Origin: Candidatus Aminicenantes bacterium
GTDB taxonomy: Bacteria > Acidobacteriota > UBA6911 > RPQK01 > JAJDTT01
Reading direction: 5' to 3'
Assembly: GCA_026706325.1 (NCBI GenBank)
Contig: JAPOYZ010000256.1
Coordinates: 1-34,056 of the forward strand
DNA: 34,056 nucleotides
Of the stretch, positions 18,626 to 24,703 are shown piece by piece. The position numbers and the translations under genes were made by a program. How positions within the stretch are numbered: position 1 is the first letter of the stretch; each line of letters starts with the position of its first letter. The notes under the pieces are model-generated. The model made no database searches and was not told where the DNA came from. It worked only from the letters and a program-made list of their open reading frames with translations.

Positions 18626-18739
18626 GGCGGCAAGAATGCCGCCGCTCCATCGGCGACAGGAAAGTCGCCGCTCCATCGGCGACAGGAAAGTCGCCGCTCC
18701 ATCGGCGGCAAGAATGCCGCCGCTCCACGTCGCCGCTCC
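18626..18739. repeat. tandem array of 26-nt hairpin units (4 full units plus a half unit)
   Basis: Units at 18626-18651, 18652-18677, 18678-18703 and 18704-18729. There are two types, in the order B-A-A-B. Type B is GGCGGC-AAGAAT-GCCGCC-GCTCCATC. Type A is GGCGAC-AGGAAA-GTCGCC-GCTCCATC. A half unit GTCGCCGCTCC (18729-18739) abuts the receptor stop codon. Each stem extends to 7 bp using the flanking C/G. Confidence 0.85.
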
Positions 18740-21055
18740 TCAGAACTCGTATTCCAGTCCCAGGTAGAAATTCCGGCCCATCTCGGGGATGCGGCGGCGG
18801 GTGAAGGGATTGGGAGAGTTCAGGTGATTGCTGTAGAGGCGATCACCCAGGTTTTCGACCCCGGCCTTCAGCGTCCATCCGGAGTCGAGAGACGCCCGTC
18901 CTCTCAGATCGGCGACGGCGTAACCGCCGGTCGGCTGCTCGAACCGCCGGGAGGCCACCCGGTTCTGACTGGCCACAAGCGTCATTGACAGATCCACCCA
19001 GTAACGACGGTCCGGCGAGCTCAGCTCCAGAGTCGCGTGTCCCTGCAACGGGGGCAGTCCCAGGATCGGCTCGCCGAACAGCTCGTCCACTCCCCAGACA
19101 TAGGAGAGAAACCCCCGGAGCCGGAAAACGGGGGACAGCTCTTGTTCCAGCGTCACTTCGGCTCCGCGGAAACGGGCTTGTGATCCGTTGATGTAGCGAA
19201 ACACGACCGGCGGGCTCAAAGGCAGCCGCTTTTGCAGGGAGGGATCGGCCTGCACGGTGATGTAGTTGTCGATCACGCGGTGGAAGAGGTCCAGGTCCAG
19301 GCGGGTTGTCTCCCGAACCAGGCTGCTGCCCAGATTGAATTCCAGGCTTTCTTCCGGGTTCAGGGCTGGATCGCCCATGAACTCGGCGGCGATCTGGAAC
19401 TTGGTGGCCGGGAATCGGTCGGAATAGCGTTCCAAAACCGTGGCGGTTCGCACCGCGCGTCCTGCTCCGGCGGTCAGGGACACGCCCTGGCCCATGGACC
19501 ATCTTCCGTTCAGGGCGGCGCTCACGTGCGTCTCTCCCTGGTCGAGCCCGCCTTGCGAGTTGGCGGCGAAGAAGTCGGAAACGGCGCCGGCCACGGCCTG
19601 GACCCGGTCGAGCCGGACTGTTCCCGCCAGTTCGGTGCGCTCCCCTTCTCGAACCATCTGAACGTAGAACCCCTGGTCGCTGAGTTCGGCATCGGGCCAG
19701 ACCACATCCCGGAACAGGAGGACCATGGGAGTGCGCCGGAATATGGACCGCGTGGCCGTCTGGTTTGAGTTGTAGAAGTCCAGGCCGAACCTCCAATCCC
19801 AGAGACCTCGCTCAATCAGGGCCGAGAAATCCCCGCCGATGGTGTTCGACTCCGTGGGCAGGTCCACCAGCAGGCCGAACGGTGGCTTCCGGCCGGCCAT
19901 GGGCCGTGCCGTCGGCTTCTCCTCGTTGTTCATCAGGTGGTCTTTCAGATTCAGGTAGAACTGGCCTCGGATCTCGGAGAGGGCTCCCGCGGCCGGATTC
20001 CAGGTCAACCCCACGGCGTTGGAACGGGTGTAGAAATAGCTGGCGTCCAGGATTCGTCCCGGATAGTCGATGTCATTCTGTTCCTGATAGCCGCCCGCGT
20101 AGTCCAGCACCAGCTCCGGCAACAGCTTGAATCCCAGGCTCCAATGCACGTCGTCCGAACTGTAGTCGCCAGGGACCCGGCTTCCGTCGCCTGCCCGGTA
20201 GTCGTTCCCCTGCCGCCGGTTGTAGAGAAGATGGAGCCGAAACCATTCGTTCCCGCCCCAGAACAGGCCGTGGCCGTCCTGGTTGACGGCATTCTGTCCG
20301 TAGCGGTACCCGAACCGTCCATGAAAACGGCTGCCGCCGGTGCGGAAGGGGGGCCGGAAGGTCTGCACCTGGATTCCGCTCAGCACCCCGGCGCCCCATC
20401 CCAGGGCGTAGGGGCCCTTGACCACGCGAATGGACCGGACCGCGTGGGGGCTCACGTGGCTCATGTCCGAGTCCATCCGGGCGGGACCGGCGGCAAAGGT
20501 CCGGGTCCGGTCCACGAAGGTGCCGATCTGGTTTTCCTGCAGGCCCCGAATGTTCGGTTCCAGATTGATGGGTCCTCGCCGGACCGCGGCGGTTCCCGCC
20601 TCGCCCCGGAGGAGTTCGGCCAGGTCCTGGCTCTCCTGCCGGTCGATCTGGCCGCTTCCCACGGACAGTTCATGCTGCATCCGGGGCACGCTCGCCCGCA
20701 CTTCCAAATGCTGGGCGGTCGTGTCCACCTCCAACCGCAACAGCAGTTCCTGAGGCTGATCTCCCAGGTCCCACGCTTGTTCATAGGTTTGAAAGCCAGG
20801 CACGCGGACCCTGAACCAGTAGCGTCCGGGCTTCAGGCGGACGCGAAATTCGCCCCGATCATCGGTGAAGCGGGCCTCTAACGGTCTTCCGGAACGGAGG
20901 GCATTCACTTCGGCGCCCGGGATGGGATAGCCGTGAGGGTCCACGACCCGGCCTTCGAACACAACGGGCACGGTTTCCGCGGCCAGCAGCCTCCCTCCCG
21001 CCGGCGCCATGCAGGCGAGGTGGAGGCAGACCGCGGTTCCAATAAGTTGGCGCAT
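18740..21055 (-). CDS. TonB-dependent receptor with N-terminal CarboxypepD_reg-like domain
   Basis: The ATG at 21055 is preceded by AAGGAGG at a 5-nt spacing. Signal 'MRQLIGTAVCLHLACMAPAGG'. Carboxypeptidase-regulatory-like 'FEGRVVDPHGYPIPGAEV...GRYWFRVRVPGF'. A plug region follows. The beta-barrel terminus 'NFYLGLEYEF' ends in Phe. Confidence 0.9.
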   Translation of the reverse strand: MRQLIGTAVCLHLACMAPAGGRLLAAETVPVVFEGRVVDPHGYPIPGAEVNALRSGRPLEARFTDDRGEFRVRLKPGRYWFRVRVPGFQTYEQAWDLGDQPQELLLRLEVDTTAQHLEVRASVPRMQHELSVGSGQIDRQESQDLAELLRGEAGTAAVRRGPINLEPNIRGLQENQIGTFVDRTRTFAAGPARMDSDMSHVSPHAVRSIRVVKGPYALGWGAGVLSGIQVQTFRPPFRTGGSRFHGRFGYRYGQNAVNQDGHGLFWGGNEWFRLHLLYNRRQGNDYRAGDGSRVPGDYSSDDVHWSLGFKLLPELVLDYAGGYQEQNDIDYPGRILDASYFYTRSNAVGLTWNPAAGALSEIRGQFYLNLKDHLMNNEEKPTARPMAGRKPPFGLLVDLPTESNTIGGDFSALIERGLWDWRFGLDFYNSNQTATRSIFRRTPMVLLFRDVVWPDAELSDQGFYVQMVREGERTELAGTVRLDRVQAVAGAVSDFFAANSQGGLDQGETHVSAALNGRWSMGQGVSLTAGAGRAVRTATVLERYSDRFPATKFQIAAEFMGDPALNPEESLEFNLGSSLVRETTRLDLDLFHRVIDNYITVQADPSLQKRLPLSPPVVFRYINGSQARFRGAEVTLEQELSPVFRLRGFLSYVWGVDELFGEPILGLPPLQGHATLELSSPDRRYWVDLSMTLVASQNRVASRRFEQPTGGYAVADLRGRASLDSGWTLKAGVENLGDRLYSNHLNSPNPFTRRRIPEMGRNFYLGLEYEF

Positions 21056-21167
21056 ACGAACCTCCTTGTGGTGTCGCACGCTCAGAGCAAACAGGGCAAC
21101 CCCGGCAGGCGCACGGAATCATTGCCGGCGGCCGGGAAACCCGTATCGTCGTTCTGCTGTTCTTGAG

Positions 21168-21566
21168 TCAGGAGAACGAGCGTGGAGGAGGGTCGTCGGG
21201 GACAGGCGGGATCAGGGGCGTTCGCAAGGGAGCCTCCGGGACAAGACCGGAGTCAAGGTCACCGAAACCGGTCCGGACCGGAGGGAGGAAGACGGCCTTC
21301 AGATTCATGAAACCGATACCGTCGGGCTCGGCACCGCAGTCGGACACGAACCGGACCCGGTCCGGTTTTCGCGCCGGCCGGGCGCAGGCCGGATGGCCGT
21401 TGTCCGGGGTTTTCAACTGCTTCAGGCACGCGTCCGGACAGCAGCAGGCGATCCCGTGAGTCGGACAGGCCGAAGCCGCCGGCTCGCTCCCCGCTTCTCG
21501 AACCACCCAGACCATGGGGCTGGTGGCCAGGACGAACAAGAGAATGGAACCGGCCACCGTCTTCAC
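21168..21566 (-). CDS. small Cys-rich membrane-anchored/secreted hypothetical protein (132 aa)
   Basis: GTG 21566 is the first start codon after the permease stop within the 238-aa track ORF. It gives 'MKTVAGSILLFVLATSPMVWVV' (hydrophobic N-terminus), then 7 Cys and 2 His between residues 34 and 77 ('ACPTHGIACCCPDAC...GHPAC...DCG'), and a Pro-rich tail. Third codon positions are mostly G/C, as in the neighbouring genes. No clear Shine-Dalgarno. Confidence 0.5.
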   Translation of the reverse strand: MKTVAGSILLFVLATSPMVWVVREAGSEPAASACPTHGIACCCPDACLKQLKTPDNGHPACARPARKPDRVRFVSDCGAEPDGIGFMNLKAVFLPPVRTGFGDLDSGLVPEAPLRTPLIPPVPDDPPPRSFS

Positions 21567-21618
21567 GGAATCAGCGTACGCCGAACCGAACCCGGACGCA
21601 ACGAGGAAGAGGACAGAA

Positions 21619-21648
21619 GGCGAAAATCCTGCGCGATCGTCACGCCCC
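21619..21648. repeat. 30-nt intergenic repeat, copy B (GGCGAAAATCCTGCGCGATCGTCACGCCCC)
   Basis: 29/30 identical to 8598-8627 and in the same orientation. Lies 8 nt beyond the ABC permease stop and 53 nt upstream of the small Cys-rich ORF start. Confidence 0.8.
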
Positions 21649-21655
21649 CGGGTGG

Positions 21656-23041
21656 CTAGCCGTGACGGACCCAGCGAACGATCTCCGGCAGGCTTGCGCG
21701 CTGTCCCCTCATCAGGATTCCCACCCGGTAGATCCTTCCGGCCAACCAGACGATGGTCGCCACAGCCGCAGCCAGCAGGATCAGGGAGAGTCCCCACTGC
21801 CAAAATGGGACTTCGGTGGAGAAGACCCGGGCGGGCATCACCACGGCGTTGAAGGGTGGGACCATCGACAGGATCACGACCCATCTGTTATTGGGACTCT
21901 CCATCAGCAAGGGGCCTGCAATGAGGGAAACCATGATTACCAGCACGATGGGGGTCATCGCCTGTTGCGCGTCTTGAAGATCGCTGACCGTGGCCCCGGC
22001 GGCGGCGAAAACCGAGGTGTAGAGGAGATACCCGAGGACGAAGTAGAGCAGCGCCAGGATGACGCTTTCCCACGAGATGGAATCTGAAATCAGGTCGATC
22101 ACCGACAAATCGGCGGTTTCACCTGTGATCGGGTCGCGGCCGCCTCCGAGAGCAGGACCGGGAGACGGCACACTCGCCAAACCTCTGCGGGTGAGGAAAA
22201 AACCAACCGCTGTGGCCGCCATCAGGGCCCAAATTCCGAGTTGAGCCAGGGCCATGGCGCCGCAACCCAGAATCTTCCCCAACATCAGTTCCCAGGGGCG
22301 TAGTGATGATGCCAGAATCTCGACGATGTTCGACTGCTTGTCCTCGATGGTCGACATCAGAACCATCTGCCCGTAAGCCAACAGGAGCGTGAAGTAGAGG
22401 TAGACGATGCCCATGCTGGCGATGGACTGAATGGTCTGGGAGCGGGTCTCGCCCGTGTCGGTGACGTTGACGGCGTTCAATCGAGGTCTGCGCAACAACT
22501 CTCGAGCGTCCACCGCTTCGACTCCCGCCGCTTGGAGTCGAGTTTGCAAGAGAGCCCGTTGCAGCGCATTCCGGGCCGATCTCCGGGTTCCCGACGGAAC
22601 CTTGTCTCTGGCCAGCAAGGTGGCGGTCACCCGGTCCTCGGTGTCATCCGTTTCCTCCCGGCTCGCGAAAGGAGCACCACGGGCCGAGGTGGCGGCTGCG
22701 TCCGGCAGAATCAGCAGGTAGTCGAACGCCGTCGAAAGGAATCGCTCCCGGATCACGTCAGGGGGGAGATCTTCCAGGTCGCGCGCCCGCGACGCCGTGA
22801 CGGAACCGTCGTTCAATTCCTCCACCAGCAGGTTCGCTACGGTTCCGCCGGAGTCCACGACTCCAATGGTCTTCCCCTTCTCGGAGTCCTCCACGTCCCG
22901 CATCGCGAAAACGATGAGGAAGGCCACGCCGACCATGATCACCGGCATTCCGATGGTGCCCAGGATGAACCACTTGGTCTTGACGCGTTGCATGAACTCG
23001 CGGTACGCGACGGCCAGAACGCTGGGCGTAAATGGGTTCAT
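21656..23041 (-). CDS. ABC-2 type transporter permease (NatB-like: N-terminal TM, large extracytoplasmic loop, C-terminal TM bundle)
   Basis: 461 aa. 'KTKWFILGTIGMPVIMVGVAFLIVF' is followed by a ~170-aa hydrophilic loop and then 5 hydrophobic helices. The start overlaps the ATPase stop as ATGA (23038-23041). Confidence 0.85.
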   Translation of the reverse strand: MNPFTPSVLAVAYREFMQRVKTKWFILGTIGMPVIMVGVAFLIVFAMRDVEDSEKGKTIGVVDSGGTVANLLVEELNDGSVTASRARDLEDLPPDVIRERFLSTAFDYLLILPDAAATSARGAPFASREETDDTEDRVTATLLARDKVPSGTRRSARNALQRALLQTRLQAAGVEAVDARELLRRPRLNAVNVTDTGETRSQTIQSIASMGIVYLYFTLLLAYGQMVLMSTIEDKQSNIVEILASSLRPWELMLGKILGCGAMALAQLGIWALMAATAVGFFLTRRGLASVPSPGPALGGGRDPITGETADLSVIDLISDSISWESVILALLYFVLGYLLYTSVFAAAGATVSDLQDAQQAMTPIVLVIMVSLIAGPLLMESPNNRWVVILSMVPPFNAVVMPARVFSTEVPFWQWGLSLILLAAAVATIVWLAGRIYRVGILMRGQRASLPEIVRWVRHG

Positions 23042-23994
23042 GCGCCACCCGCCTCTCCAGCCGGCGGGGCATCGCTCGTCGACAGGCCGGCCGCCTCGGC
23101 CTTCTCAATGAAGATCTCGCGCAGTGAGGGTTCGGTGAGTTCGAAACGTGAAATCCTCGCTCCCGACTCCACGGCACGGTGGAGCAGGGCTTGAGGATCG
23201 GCGCCTTCCTTGAGCCGAACTTCAACGTAACCGCCCTGGTCGGCGACGCGCTCCACCAAACCGGGCGCCGCCAGGAACTCGCTGCTCCCCTCGAAGGAGA
23301 TGGCCAGATCCCGCCGCCCGGAGGCCGCCTTCAGCTCACTCACCTTCCCATCCAGGACCTTGTTGGCGCCGGCGATCATGCAGACCCGGTCGCAAAGACG
23401 CTCGGCGTCTTCAATCAAGTGGGTCGACAGGAGAACGGTCGCTCCCGCGCGGCGGCGCTCCAGGACCAAACGTTTGAAAAGCTCCACGTTGAGTGGGTCC
23501 AGTCCGCTGAACGGCTCGTCCAGGACCAGCAGCTCCGGCTCGTGGAGGATCGTCCCCAGCAGCTGGACCTTCTGTTGCATTCCCTTGGAGAGGGTTTCCA
23601 CCTTGTCCGGGGCGCGTTCGCAGAGCCCGACCTCCTCGAGTCCGCTGCGAGCCCGGTCCATGGCGTCCCGTCTGCCCAGGCCCTTGAGTACGCCCAGGAA
23701 TACCAGGTGGTCGATGACCCGCATCTTGGGATACAGCCCGCGCTCTTCCGGAAGATATCCGATACGGCGCCGGGTCGACTGGAGGTCGGTCGAACCCAAC
23801 ACCTCCACGGTTCCATCGTCGGGACCGATGATGTCCAGAATGATGCGCAGCAGGGTGGTCTTGCCGGCGCCGTTGGGACCGATCAAGCCGCAAATGGTGT
23901 CGGACGGCGTTTCCAGATCCACACCCGCAAGAGCCGTCTTCTTGCCGTAGTTCTTTCTGATGCCGCGAAGACGGATCACGGGAGCGGTCGCCAT
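23038..23994 (-). CDS. ABC transporter ATP-binding protein (NatA/DUF4162-type exporter ATPase)
   Basis: Walker A 'GPNGAGKTT', signature 'LSKGMQQKV', Walker B 'LLVLDEPFSGLD', H-loop 'LLSTH', plus a C-terminal extension of the kind seen in ABC-2 partner ATPases. Confidence 0.9.
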   Translation of the reverse strand: MATAPVIRLRGIRKNYGKKTALAGVDLETPSDTICGLIGPNGAGKTTLLRIILDIIGPDDGTVEVLGSTDLQSTRRRIGYLPEERGLYPKMRVIDHLVFLGVLKGLGRRDAMDRARSGLEEVGLCERAPDKVETLSKGMQQKVQLLGTILHEPELLVLDEPFSGLDPLNVELFKRLVLERRRAGATVLLSTHLIEDAERLCDRVCMIAGANKVLDGKVSELKAASGRRDLAISFEGSSEFLAAPGLVERVADQGGYVEVRLKEGADPQALLHRAVESGARISRFELTEPSLREIFIEKAEAAGLSTSDAPPAGEAGGA

Positions 23995-24070
23995 GGAAGC
24001 ACGATAACAATATCGGTCGCTCTGCGGCTATGGGTGGTCCACTGTTCAACGCCCCTTCGTTTCATCTCCT

Positions 24071-24550
24071 TCAGCCATCGTTGGACGCGGCTTCGAGCGC
24101 GGCGATGTCGATCTTCTTCATCTGCATCAGTACCGGCCAGACTTGCGGGGCCGCCGGTCCGTTCAACAATTCGATCAATCGCTTCGGCACAATTTGCCAG
24201 GACAACCCGAATCGATCCTCCAGCCAGCCGCACTGGCTCTCAGCCCCGCCATCGGCGATGAGCGCTGCCCAAAGCCGATCGGTCTCCGCTTGGTCCTCGG
24301 TCAGGACGGAGATCGATACCGCTTCGTCGAGGGTGAAATGCGGACCGCCGTTGAGCGCCTGAAATGGAGTTCCGGCAAGGGTGAAGTCCACTGTGAGTAC
24401 CTTCCCGGGCTCGGTCATTTCCTGGCCTTCTGAAGAGTATCCGATACGATCGATCCGGCTGTCGGGTAGAAGAGCACAATAGAACTCGGCCGCCGGGAGC
24501 GCCTGGTCGTCGAACCAGAGGCAGGTGCGAACTTTGGACCCCATTGGCAT
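24071..24550 (-). CDS. VOC-fold protein of the PhnB / '3-demethylubiquinone-9 3-methyltransferase domain' family
   Basis: 159 aa. 'CLWFDDQALPAAEFYCALLPDS', 'FTLAGTPFQALNGGPHFTLDEAVS', 'QCGWLEDRFGLSWQIVP' and 'MKKIDIAALEAA' are characteristic of this small family. Confidence 0.85.
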   Translation of the reverse strand: MPMGSKVRTCLWFDDQALPAAEFYCALLPDSRIDRIGYSSEGQEMTEPGKVLTVDFTLAGTPFQALNGGPHFTLDEAVSISVLTEDQAETDRLWAALIADGGAESQCGWLEDRFGLSWQIVPKRLIELLNGPAAPQVWPVLMQMKKIDIAALEAASNDG

Positions 24551-24682
24551 GGTAAGGTTCCCGCGTACAGCTTCATCTTATACCAGCGTCGCGCCGGACA
24601 GGGTGTGCAACCGCTTGAGATCGGTGCGCTACGACTGCATCCTGCCGCAACCGAGAGCCGGTATTCCAAGGAAGATTCAGGC

Positions 24683-24688
24683 TAGAAT
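24683..24688 (+). promoter_or_regulatory. -10-like hexamer TAGAAT, 15 nt upstream of the 848-aa gene ATG
   Basis: GGCTAGAATGAGCCGGTATCCGAC-ATG. No Shine-Dalgarno and no convincing -35. Confidence 0.3.
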
Positions 24689-24703
24689 GAGCCGGTATCC
24701 GAC

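Noticed and set aside
18626-18739. CRISPR array interpretation of the tandem 26-nt repeats.
   Set aside because: The units are directly adjacent with no unique spacers. There are only about 4.5 copies of two alternating types. No cas genes are in the window.
21056-21167. Possible riboswitch or Fur/Zur box in the 112-nt leader of the TonB-dependent receptor.
   Set aside because: I found no B12-box-like or other riboswitch signature. The only match to a Fur-box half-site is a single AATGAT hexamer. The only hairpin (CCGGCA...TGCCGG with a 15-nt loop) is weak.
21465-21566. Lipoprotein signal (lipobox 'ASAC') in the small Cys-rich protein.
   Set aside because: The Cys lies 12 residues beyond the hydrophobic segment and after charged residues (REAGSE). 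This is not the usual arrangement of an h-region directly followed by the lipobox.
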